Source of the DNA: Minutocellus sp. GHC0000111
Lineage: Eukaryota
NCBI GenBank assembly: GCA_977018835.1
Contig: OZ361260.1
Coordinates: 1,736,001 to 1,800,000, forward strand
Direction: 5' to 3'
DNA length: 64,000 nucleotides
This document shows positions 45,952 through 56,121 of this stretch, in pieces. Both the position numbers and the translations under genes were made by a program. The notes under the pieces are model-generated. The model made no database searches. It was not told the DNA's origin and saw nothing but the letters and a program-made list of their open reading frames with translations. Positions within the stretch are counted from its first letter, which is position 1, and each line of letters opens with the position of its first letter.

Positions 45952-47544
45952 ATGATGCTCAGACTGATAATTGCTGCTCTTCTGGCATTTGGGACCGATG
46001 CTACTGCTAATGCGCGCCCAAACATTATCCTGCTCCTTACAGATGATCAGGATGTTCTGCTCGGTGGCATCGATCGAATGCCACATCTCCGACGATATCT
46101 TATTGATGGAGGCAGGACCTTTACTAACGCATACGTGCACACTCCCATATGTTGTCCTTCGCGAAGCAGCATTCTCAGTGGACGCTATCTTCACAACGGC
46201 ATCACGACGAACAACAGCATCTCTGGCAATTGCAATGGACGATTATGGCAGGAAGATGCTGAGAAGAAAACTTTTGCAGTCTATGCCCAAGAAGCTGGGT
46301 ATGCCACCTCGTATGCCGGTAAATATCTCAATGCCTATGGATGCCAAGACGAAGATGATCCCGAATGTACGCGAGTACCTCCAGGCTGGGATAAGTGGCA
46401 TGGATTGGTCGGAAATAGTCGATACTACAATGCAACAATTGTGAACTCGGATGATGGCGGCAAAACGGCAAGACTGATCAAGCACGGCAACGAGTATGCA
46501 ATAGATTATCTGCCTGATATTTTGTGCAATCGAACTTTGGATGTGATTCGAGAGTTTGCTACAAAAGAATCCAAGGAAAAGAAATCATTTCTCATTGTGA
46601 ATTCCTGGCCTACACCACATGGACCTTTCACTCCCGCTCCATGGGCAGTACATACTTTTGATGGAGCAAAGGCACCAAGAACCGCCAATTGGAATGCATC
46701 GAGTCAGTCCATACAGCAAAAGCATTGGCTTATTCGACAGCTCCTTCCTATCGACGATGAAACGGAGAAGTTCATCGATACGACATATCAAAACAGGTTG
46801 GAGGCCCTGCTTAGTGTTGACGACCACATTGGCCAAATTGTCGGGCTTCTCGAGGAATTGGGAGAGCTCGACAACACAATCATTATGTACACATCGGATC
46901 ATGGCTTTCAGCTCGGACAACATAGACTGAGTGTGGACAAACGGCACCTTTATGAGCATGATATTAAGGTCCCATTCATTGTGTATTCGGGCAATTCATT
47001 GCGAGCAGAAAATGGAATCAGCAAAGAGATCGTTTTGAATATCGACATTGCTCCAACAATATACGAATTGGCAACGGGATCAAGGGACATACCCGAAAGT
47101 ATGGATGGCTCTTCCTTTGCTCCTTTTTTGCTTGGCAACCAAGATCATTCCAGCAGACAGAGGGTCGATTGGAGACAAGATTTCTTGATCAGCTATCACG
47201 GCGAAGGGTTCCTACCTTGCGGAATGACGGAGTGTCCGCCAGATCCACACGGTGACTTTATGTGGATGCCAGACGCATGGAACAACACCTATCACTGCGT
47301 TCGAACCATTTCGGGTAAGGCCAATTCCATTTATTGCCGCTGTGAGGACAACGAAGATTTTGTTGAATACTATGATCTGATTGCAGATCCACAGCAGCTT
47401 TCCAATAAGAACAAGGACCTCAGCGTGTGGGAGAGAGAAGCCCTGGAGATAAGATTGGCCGAATTGAGAACTTGTATGGGTAGCAAATGTAGACAGAAGC
47501 CAAAAGGTGCCCTTGTCTCCGATAGCAGGCAAATATATCGGTAG
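45952..47544 (+). CDS. GNS: Secreted sulfatase (N-acetylglucosamine-6-sulfatase-like)
   Basis: Signal peptide, RPNIILLLTDDQD, CCPSR formylglycine motif, GKYLN, VPPGWDKW, YTSDHG and DKRHLYE. Confidence 0.9.
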   Translation: MMLRLIIAALLAFGTDATANARPNIILLLTDDQDVLLGGIDRMPHLRRYLIDGGRTFTNAYVHTPICCPSRSSILSGRYLHNGITTNNSISGNCNGRLWQEDAEKKTFAVYAQEAGYATSYAGKYLNAYGCQDEDDPECTRVPPGWDKWHGLVGNSRYYNATIVNSDDGGKTARLIKHGNEYAIDYLPDILCNRTLDVIREFATKESKEKKSFLIVNSWPTPHGPFTPAPWAVHTFDGAKAPRTANWNASSQSIQQKHWLIRQLLPIDDETEKFIDTTYQNRLEALLSVDDHIGQIVGLLEELGELDNTIIMYTSDHGFQLGQHRLSVDKRHLYEHDIKVPFIVYSGNSLRAENGISKEIVLNIDIAPTIYELATGSRDIPESMDGSSFAPFLLGNQDHSSRQRVDWRQDFLISYHGEGFLPCGMTECPPDPHGDFMWMPDAWNNTYHCVRTISGKANSIYCRCEDNEDFVEYYDLIADPQQLSNKNKDLSVWEREALEIRLAELRTCMGSKCRQKPKGALVSDSRQIYR

Positions 47545-47642
47545 CGATTTTATTTCTACTTCTAATGCTCTTTTAAAACCCAATTCCTCCTATGACGCAT
47601 CTTCCCAATATATCAATCCTGTGACATGGTGTCTCTAGCTAG

Positions 47643-48446
47643 CTAGCTAGCTAGCCTACGCCTTTGGAGGGAAACGGGAACTCCAGCCGCGATACTCGCC
47701 AACAAGATGCCCAGCGACATGGCGGTCAGCGTTCCACAAAAGTTGGCCAGGAACACCACTATCCCGATGGACGCAGACTTGCTGAGCTTGGTTTTCCGTT
47801 GGATGGCCGCAACTGCCCGATCAAAGTAGGGCGTGACGCCAACAGACACAGCAAATCGAATCGGTCGCACAAAGTTATTGAAGATGTAAAACGAGGCATA
47901 GACAGCGAGGAATGGTTTCCACTGCCCCGGCGCCAGGGGGCTCAACCCCGTCTTTTTCGAGAAGCCGAACCAGGCCAACGATACGGTCACGCTGTAGCTC
48001 ATATTGGAAACGAATCCGTACGATAGGAGTGCCGACAGTCCCATCTTGGCCAGGCGCTGTTTGAATGTGAGGCCGTCATCCTCCTGGCTCTTCATGCTGG
48101 CCTTGATCCGGGCCAGGAATCCCGTCTTGGGTTCTCCTCCGTTATCAACAACCTCCACCTCCACCGGTACCGCCTCATCCTCATCCTCATCATTGGCATC
48201 TGTAGCATCACCATCATCACCTGATAAAAACAATGGGCTAAGTTTGGCGTGCGTATGGAAGTCGTATCTGGTACCGCGCACCGCCGGTCGTCGTCGACTC
48301 AAAGACGGAGGACCCGTGCACATGGACGGCGAAGATACATGTATGCTGCTGCGCGATGGAGCGAATGCTCCGCAGCACTGTGCCAAGAGGCACAGCGCGA
48401 CGGTAGCAAGAGCGGCGGCGGCTGAAGAGGCTGATCGGCACGTCAT
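47643..48446 (-). CDS. Plastid-targeted membrane protein (DUF1279/FAM210-like)
   Basis: Signal peptide ending CGA-FAP (ASAFAP motif); LAKMGLSALLSYG...NNFVRPIRFA. Confidence 0.75.
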   Translation of the reverse strand: MTCRSASSAAAALATVALCLLAQCCGAFAPSRSSIHVSSPSMCTGPPSLSRRRPAVRGTRYDFHTHAKLSPLFLSGDDGDATDANDEDEDEAVPVEVEVVDNGGEPKTGFLARIKASMKSQEDDGLTFKQRLAKMGLSALLSYGFVSNMSYSVTVSLAWFGFSKKTGLSPLAPGQWKPFLAVYASFYIFNNFVRPIRFAVSVGVTPYFDRAVAAIQRKTKLSKSASIGIVVFLANFCGTLTAMSLGILLASIAAGVPVSLQRRRLAS

Positions 48447-48699
48447 CGTCAGGGACTGGACTGATGAGACTGCACTCACTCGAGTGCAATTGCTCGATTG
48501 GGCTCAAATTTCGGTGCTAGTGGAGTGATAATAACGAACGAAAGAAAACGAAAAAGAAGAAGGAAAGAGAAGGAAAAAGGGAAAAGAGGGAAGGAGAGAG
48601 AGAGAGAGATTTCGTCAAAGGCATTGTTGTACTGTTATTTGGACAAAATGAATTTTGTCCAAATAACAGTACAACAATGCCTGAGGTTAAATTGCTAAC

Positions 48700-50660
48700 T
48701 ACGTAGTCAGTTGGAGAAGAGAGAGAGCGATCTTTGCTTGACACCATGGGCAGCGTCGCCGTCGCTTTGCCGCCATCGACGCGCTGTGCTGACGCGCGCA
48801 CCAAGAGAGCGCCAAGGGGGTGAGAGCTCAACTACCAGGGGGGCATTAGCGCGCGTGCGCGGTCAATCGTCTCGGGCCAGCCCAAGAATGTCGGGTCCAA
48901 CCGTTTGCCCCATCCGTCGGCCACAAGATGTTGCCAGTTTTTTCGCTCACATCCGGCTGCCGCCCCAGCTTCCCAAACTCACGGACCTCTCCCAAATGCC
49001 TTGATTCAAGTGACCATGTAGTTTGGGCGTCGATGGTGGTCTCCATGGCGCCCGGCATAGCGTGTCTGCTACGGCCTGGGAGACGGCGCGCCAAAATTCG
49101 TGCGGCCCGAAAAATCGTCCCCGACAACCTTTTATGTGCTTGTCTGCCCCTTTTCAGGAGGATCAATGGTCCGCTATTTCTCGGCATGTTTGTGTTTGAG
49201 CATGTCTGTTGGAAGGAATTATGCAAGCAAATTGTGGACCATTTCTTGTGAAAGCAGAAAATTCCAACGTTGCACTTACCACCATGCGCAACGAACACTG
49301 CCCGAACTCGCCAACACAGTTGCCTCGGCGGAAGCATCAGTCTTGGACCGCCACCGCCGCCACCCTCTTCGTCAATGTCACCCGATCCCTCGTCGGCCAC
49401 GTCGTAGTTGGCAGTGACACCTGGAGGGACATGCGCATCAACACCATCGCCGGTAGCTGTAAAGGTTGCAAGCATCACTTCGGCGGCAAGCTCTCCATCT
49501 TCGCCGGCGTCAGAGCCTTCGTCATCGGCGTGGTTTGCCTCCTGGTCGGGCATCGGGCGATCGTCATCGTTCGAATCATCGCCGGCACCAACATCATTTG
49601 TGTCGTCGCCGTCGATGGGCTGATCTGCGCTCTTCCTCACACGCTTTTCAAAGAAGCCTGATTTGCGATGAGCAGTTGCCGCTCTCTCGTCATCATGCTT
49701 CTTCCTCTTGTTCGCTTTTCTTGTTTCGGCGGTCTTTGCGACCCTCTTTGACACCTGGTCTTCGGTCTCATCGCGATTGCGCCCTTTGGACCTGTCTCTT
49801 GCGCCAATGGTTTTAGCCATTGTCAAGCTCTACACTGTTACGCAGGAAAGTTGCGGGTTCCCATTTCTGGGTTTGACCACCGTCGCGGCCATGCTCGACC
49901 TGCCGGCACACGTGCCGGTACACGCCTAATCTAATGTGAACCTACGTGTGTCTATCTTTTAGTTGCACAGCATGGTCGATGCGCAAGAGTGTCAAGCCGG
50001 TCTGGACTCTGTAGCAGGTCTAGTTGTAGAGAGATCTGTTCCACAAAACACACTAAATTTTTACTGTTTTTGCCTAACTTTCCTCCTTGGTAAAGACACC
50101 GTATGTGTCGCTCGAGTCCAGCACTCTTGGACACATTTTTGCTAGGATCGATAAGCAAACCACAATGTGTGTCAAATAAGTATGCCACTAGCACCAGCTC
50201 TCCATTGAACACCCATTCATCATCTTTGTTTTCTCTAGCATTTTGATGGTTCGATCGGAGAGACCAAACAAACACACTCCCCGCCCTCTTCCTTGGCAAT
50301 GTTTTCCACCCCCTTCTCTTTGTTGAACCCCATTGCTACGCATTGCACAAGATGATCAAAGCATCCATACCGCAACTTGTCATTACCATGACCTCCATCC
50401 TTTTTGGGATGCCTCCGATAAAAATCAGACCTGCTAATTGCTGCTGCTTTTCAGCGACCTGAGAGGCTGCTGCTTTTGTGCAAGCAAGCTGCACCACTTG
50501 CTTTGTCCATGCAACAGCAGATGATGACACACCACCACCACCAACAACAACCATGATCACAGCATCCTCAACCCTATGTGAAGACTCTAGTCCTTTCTGA
50601 ATTCTACGATTCTACGGGTAGCGCCTTGAGCATGCATGTGCTTGCTTACTAGTAGCAAGC
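48700..50660. mobile_element. Possible degenerate transposon-derived or repeat interval
   Basis: Truncated basic/acidic ORF start (MAKTIGARDRSKGRNR..., 49820-49340, minus) that dissolves into non-coding-like sequence; GC hairpin at 49901-49920; CpG-poor tract at about 50280-50600. No transposase catalytic motif or paired TIRs were found. Confidence 0.3.
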
Positions 50661-50680
50661 CATGGGTTGCTTGCAGCTCA

Positions 50681-50739
50681 CTGTCCACAAAACTCACAAC
50701 TTCGTCACGGCGCTGTCCACAAAACTCACAACTTCGTCA
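50681..50739. repeat. Perfect 27-bp direct repeat (CTGTCCACAAAACTCACAACTTCGTCA x2, 5-bp spacer)
   Basis: Copies at 50681-50707 and 50713-50739. Confidence 0.9.
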
Positions 50740-50864
50740 ATCGAAAGGGACGATCTGGTCGGGTGCTTTTGCCATGCCACCGCACCCCCACCGATATCAT
50801 TGCATTAGCATGGTCAGCACGTTCCATTCATTGGTGGTACTATTCCAGGTACCTCAAAGCAGCC

Positions 50865-52385
50865 ATGACTGCCAGTAGTACCACCGGTGGCAACCGGACC
50901 GCCGAGTTCCGCAATTTCTCCGAGGCGGCGGCCCTCGGAATCACCCCCGATGAGTTGCACCGACGCAACCAAATGCGACGTACCAAACGGAGGAAGGTTG
51001 CTGCTGGTGCTGCCGCACCCGTCGGTAGCGGTGTTGGTGGGGCCGATCGTCGGCCGTTACTCGTCGGTGGGAAGGATGACGAGGGCAACGATATTCCTCC
51101 GGTGGCACTGAACTTTTTGGGGGATCTGATGCCCGCACAAGGAACTGCTCCTGCGGCAGCACGTACCAGCGCCGACGAGGCCACAACTGACGACGATGAC
51201 GATCCCTGGATGGCCAACGCCCACCGCCTCGAGGCCTCCATTGTCCAAATGTCCAACGTGCTGCAGAGGCAGGAGGTGGAATACGTCGATTTGTACGGAT
51301 CCCTCCGTAACGTCCGCCTCGGTGGGGACGCCACCACCGCGGACGCCAATGCCAGCATGACCGATGCCGAGCGGAACGCCCTCGACGCCGCCGTGGCCTC
51401 GTTCGCGGTCAGTACGGGCAATCAGATCGAGGCGCTGCGGCAGGCTCTGACGTCGGCCAGCGAGGGGACTGGCGCTGCCGGTAGTGATGACGTGGCGGCG
51501 CACAGGGTCGGCATCGTGGCTTGTCTGGTATCATCCCTCCGCAGCGACGTGGTGGATCGGATGGGACGGATGCACGCCGTGCGCATGAGGAGGACGTTGG
51601 ACTTGGCCCGCGATCCTCTCCAATGCCGACTGTCCACCGCTGATGGTAGAGGTGGAGGTGGAGTGAGCGAGATTGATGGGGACGAACACGACGTGGATGC
51701 AGCAAGTGCTCGTCTCGGGAGTTTGTTGGGCAACATCCGCGCAGCGGCAGAAGCAGCAGCAGCAACACCATCGGAGGATGCTGAGGAGAAGGACTTTCAT
51801 GCCACATACGGCCAGGATGGGGAAGAACGGCTGCTGAAAGAGGTATCTATGCCGTTGCCCTCATTTCCACGTGCCGACGGTGCCGACATCGATCCAAACC
51901 AGGATGGTTTCGAGGTCGAGCAATCCACCGCTCCTCGGTCATCACGCCCAAATGCTTCGTCAACGGCGAAATTAAGGTCGCGGAGTACAGCGAACAAGCT
52001 GGAGGCGGTGCCTCTCGATCCATCGGTGCAGCAGTACTACGGCGAATCTACCGCCGAGCAGGAGGCCTACATCGAAGACTTGCAGCGAGAATCGGCGTAC
52101 CTCACAGCGTCGCTGCAGAACGAGCTGGAGGATGTGCATAAGATCGAGAACAAGATGATGGAGATCACCACCCTCCTCCGGCAGTTTGGCGACATGGTGG
52201 CCGAACAGCAAGAGGATATTGTTGCGATTAATGAACAGGCCGAGAAGAGCAAGAAGAATGTCCAAGCCGGACAGGACAACCTCGTTGATGCTGGCGAAAG
52301 GAAGAAGAAAAGCAAGCACTACATGGCTACCTTCATTGCGAGTATGGGACTACTCCTGCTGTTCTTGAATTGGATCACGCCGTAG
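50865..52385 (+). CDS. STX18: ER Qa-SNARE syntaxin-18/Ufe1/SYP8-like
   Basis: N-peptide NRTAEFR, MTDAERNALD, AHRVGIV, SNARE motif IENKMMEITTL...VAEQQE and a C-terminal TM anchor. Confidence 0.88.
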   Translation: MTASSTTGGNRTAEFRNFSEAAALGITPDELHRRNQMRRTKRRKVAAGAAAPVGSGVGGADRRPLLVGGKDDEGNDIPPVALNFLGDLMPAQGTAPAAARTSADEATTDDDDDPWMANAHRLEASIVQMSNVLQRQEVEYVDLYGSLRNVRLGGDATTADANASMTDAERNALDAAVASFAVSTGNQIEALRQALTSASEGTGAAGSDDVAAHRVGIVACLVSSLRSDVVDRMGRMHAVRMRRTLDLARDPLQCRLSTADGRGGGGVSEIDGDEHDVDAASARLGSLLGNIRAAAEAAAATPSEDAEEKDFHATYGQDGEERLLKEVSMPLPSFPRADGADIDPNQDGFEVEQSTAPRSSRPNASSTAKLRSRSTANKLEAVPLDPSVQQYYGESTAEQEAYIEDLQRESAYLTASLQNELEDVHKIENKMMEITTLLRQFGDMVAEQQEDIVAINEQAEKSKKNVQAGQDNLVDAGERKKKSKHYMATFIASMGLLLLFLNWITP

Positions 52386-52460
52386 TGTTCTCCTCACTGT
52401 AGTAGCTAGATGTCTACAATACTCTAGCTAGCTAAAGGAAGTAACAAAAATGTCAAAAAT

Positions 52461-54500
52461 TTAAAGTACGCAATTATCTCTTTCGTACAATTCAGGAGTT
52501 GCCACAGCGGAGCAATCGGCACCAACTTCCCAACAAGCGGTTGATGTGGCGGATACATACTGCTTGCAGTGGGAGGGGTGAGTGGTCTTGATAAAGGCGG
52601 CCAATTCACCGACCTGTCTGCTTGAATCTTTGAACCCATTCCAGTCTATTTGCATGCTCCAAAGACTATTGTAGTGCTCGTCGGGACCTGGAAGAGGACC
52701 TTTCTTGAACCTGACGATGTCAACGGGATACTTCACGTATCGATCGTTCGCAATAGCACCATTGTTGATCATTTTCAGCTGGGGAAGTCTACCTTCCTCG
52801 CCAACAGCATCACAGACAATCTGGTACAAAAACATGTGCGTCTTTTCATTATAGAAAAACATGTAGGGCCTCTCCGCTGAGTAACGGGTGGGGTCTTCAT
52901 CGATATTTTCTCCAATGCAAATGTGAGTAGTTCCGGCATAGTTGCACCCTTGAATAGCCTGACCATTTTCGTTTTTGCAAATCTCTCCAGTCCGACTATC
53001 GGTGTAAGTGGTTCCTGTTAGCGGATACCGAATTGTGGCAGGATCAATCAGCACTGGAAATGTCGAGGCATCAAAGAACTCATCTGGCTGCGGGCAGATG
53101 CCGCTGAAATTACACACACCCCTTTCAACCTCCTCGATACCAAATCGCCACTCCCCAAAGTATCCCCCATTGTCTCTGCAAATTCCTTCTCCGACTGACA
53201 TACAAGTAAATTCTCCATGCTCTAAAATTTTCAATCGCTTATGAGTGCATGCCATCCCGGGCTTGTCCAATGGAGGAGCCCAATATTTGGGAAGAATAGT
53301 GCTGCTCGATTCTGTGGGACAAAAAGTAGGATTCTGAGATGGAGCATCGGACGGAGACGATGTGCTGTCTGTTGGGGCACTGGATGGACTCATGCTAGTG
53401 CTGGGTGTAGATGAAGGAGAGGCCGATGCCTCTGCTGATGGCTCGGCACTCATGGTGGGATTATTGGATGGAGGTATGGACGGATCTGCCGATGGAATCT
53501 TACTCGGCGTTGAACTTGGCTGCATTGACGGAGCAGTGATTGGAGACAAAGATGGCATGCCACTCGGGTTCCCACTTGGCTTTTCAGATGGGACATGTGA
53601 TGGTGCATCGCTCGGCACCATACTGGGCTCTATAGATGGGTCAAAAGATGGCACCATACTTGTTGTAGGTTCCTGAGAGGGCATCAAGCTCAGCGATGGT
53701 ACCAGGCTAGGAGAATCCGACGGGCACATGTCATTCCAGTCGCACTTGAACTCATTGATGGCGAATGTGCCATCGCTTGCCGCATCTACAGATATCTGCC
53801 ATAAGCCATCTTCATCGTTTGGATCTTCGGTTTTGCCTTTTTTCAACTTCACGACTGGTATAGGATATTTTGCGTCTGCTCAAAAGGTTGTGTGAAATTC
53901 AAATGAAATTTTTTTTGGTGATATGAGTATGCAGGTAAGTAAGATGAAAAATAGCATTCAAGTTCGCATCAACCATTCACGCTTGGAACTATTCCATAAC
54001 GTACATGTACTAACTTTGGAATTGTCAACCATTCGGAGCATCGTTGGTTTGCCGAGATTCTTGTCCTTGTCTCCGTCTGTTCCATCACACGTCAACTCGC
54101 CAACATACTCATGGCGATTCTCGTCATAAAATACGAGATATGGTCTCTCCTGTGAATATCTGTTTTGGGCATAGTTTGTATCTTCTCCTATGCATATTTG
54201 CGTCACAGACCTTTCTCCATTGCATAGACACCAGGCCTCTTCGTTCTTAGGATCCCACAGGCACGCCTTGGTCAAACCATCATCCATCTCCTTGATCCCA
54301 AATGTCCACTGGCCGAAGTGACCTCCTTTGTTGTCGAAGCATATTGCCTCGCCGACGGTGATGCACGAGAATGGACCCTCCTTGACGACATTGCCCGCTT
54401 TGATACTATTATCAAGGCATTCCAGACCCAATGCCTCCATTGGGGGGACCCAATACGACGATGGGGGGACCCATGCCGAGAAGTCTGGTCGGCCGTTCAT
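52461..54500 (-). CDS. Protein with two copies of an unnamed Cys-rich domain separated by PSxxPS repeats; intron 54004-53876; 5' end possibly missing
   Basis: Both copies show YWxPP...CxxVGExIC.DNxG...GxWxFGI...TxICIGE...RYSxERPY...KYP...KKG. The intron joins SKVST|YAKYP. No signal peptide is visible. Confidence 0.75.
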
Positions 54501-56121
54501 TGTATGGTGTTGAGCAAGACTGTGTTTGTTGCCGTGGGCGCTTTGGTGGCTAGCTAGCGACGTAGGGATCCTAGTATGTTTCTAGATGGAACCATTGCTC
54601 ATTCAGAGATCAAATTATCCTACTGACTGGCATTCTGCATGCGCATGCTTCAAGCAATGCATTGCTTTTAGTACAATCGAGCAACAACGCGGGTTTGGCA
54701 TTGACTTGTTGTGGTCCAGCATGGGTTGGCGTTTTCGGCGAGGCTTTGGAGATTCTCCATACCCCGAGTTCTATTCATCATGCAACGGCAAGAGACCTCA
54801 ACAACAGCCCAGCCCGCACCAAGCGCTCCCACGGGCGGTTTGAAAAAAATGGCGGTGAGCGAACCTCCCAAAGCAGAAGCACGCACCACCACCAAGCACC
54901 ACCCAGCCGACCCGCTCACTCAACCGCGACTACTTACCGGTAGGAATCCCAGCAACTCTCTCTAGTAGCAAGCCAACCAGCCAATATACCGGTACATGCT
55001 AGTCTACGTACGTGTAGCTAGAGAGATCTAGATCTAGATTTTTACGTGTAGTGGAGATCTTCAAACTAGACTCTAAAGGAGCAGGTCAGCCACAGAGACT
55101 TGAGAGAATACACATAGCTATCTGGAAGCGACTCCGAAGGATTCGTACGAACAAAAATCCTGATGCCTGGCGAGTTCGAGACTTGTAATTTGGTCCAATT
55201 GATACCATGTGGTGGTGGTGGTGGTGTCGTCCCCCGCTAAACCTTTTTCTATCTACATGTATCATAATGAAAAAGTTAGAACGAGATCCAATTGGATAGG
55301 TAGCCGCACTTGCATCGGTAAGAACGAATATCGATAACATAAAACCAAAAACGTAATTGTAAACATGTTGTATAATAGAATTGATTGAGGGTGAGGTAGG
55401 GATCATTTTACAATCTGTTTTATGTGAAATAATGATGTGTGCTCTTGCTGTACAGTTGCATCGGTGATACATTTATGATAATTTTCTTCATAGACGTTTA
55501 TCAGATCAACATAATCGGGTGATGGGAAGGGAAGAAAGTAGAACAGGCAAAGACAGCTGCAAGTAATTACTCATAGCGCCGTTCAGGTCCACTTCTAAAA
55601 CCTCTAAATTGCTCGTAGTAACCATATTCTCGACTTGAATGACGTGCCCAGAATCCGTCACTGTCAAAGCATCTGCCAGTCTCAAAAATGATTCTTTGCA
55701 TCCTCTGCGACCCTAGCTGTCTCTCCTCTCGAGCCTCGGACAAAATGCAATCGTGATCTCTTGTGAAGGGAGAGACCGCGGGCAATGACACCGGCAATCG
55801 CTCGACAATATGAGTCATGTTTGGACCCATAGGGTCGCCGATGCTTCCAGAGCCAGATTGTGGACCGATTGACACAGTCAAATAACCGGTGACCCTAAAA
55901 ATTAGGGCTATTTCAGCCAGGAAATGGATTTCCATCAGTAACAAAAACGGTTGTCAAAATCTCCGAATTTTATCCGAACTCATTCCTGTCCTAGTCTAGA
56001 GACTGCTAGAGGCATTTCTGGAAAGACGAGTGTTGGAGCGAACATTAGGCATTACATGTATGCCATGATGTGTAATCTCTCTCAGTATCAACTTATTTCT
56101 ACTTATCAATTATCAGCTCGA

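Noticed and set aside
48535..48612. Purine-rich GA/GAA tract, plus (GAACG)n at about 4666-4686 and (GATT)n at about 63223-63250
   Set aside because: Ordinary simple-sequence tracts near 5' ends with no further structure.
50681..50739. CRISPR-like repeat
   Set aside because: Only two copies with a 5-bp spacer, in a eukaryotic context with no cas genes.
184..52385. Apparent clustering of trafficking genes (DENN-ENTH, Sec6, syntaxin-18)
   Set aside because: They are widely spaced, act in different compartments, and their co-occurrence is consistent with chance in a gene-dense genome.
55567..55960. Possible von Willebrand A relic (VFVTDGNP, SGSGSIG) on the minus strand
   Set aside because: The motifs are in different frames, in the wrong order and flanked by stops, which is too weak to call.
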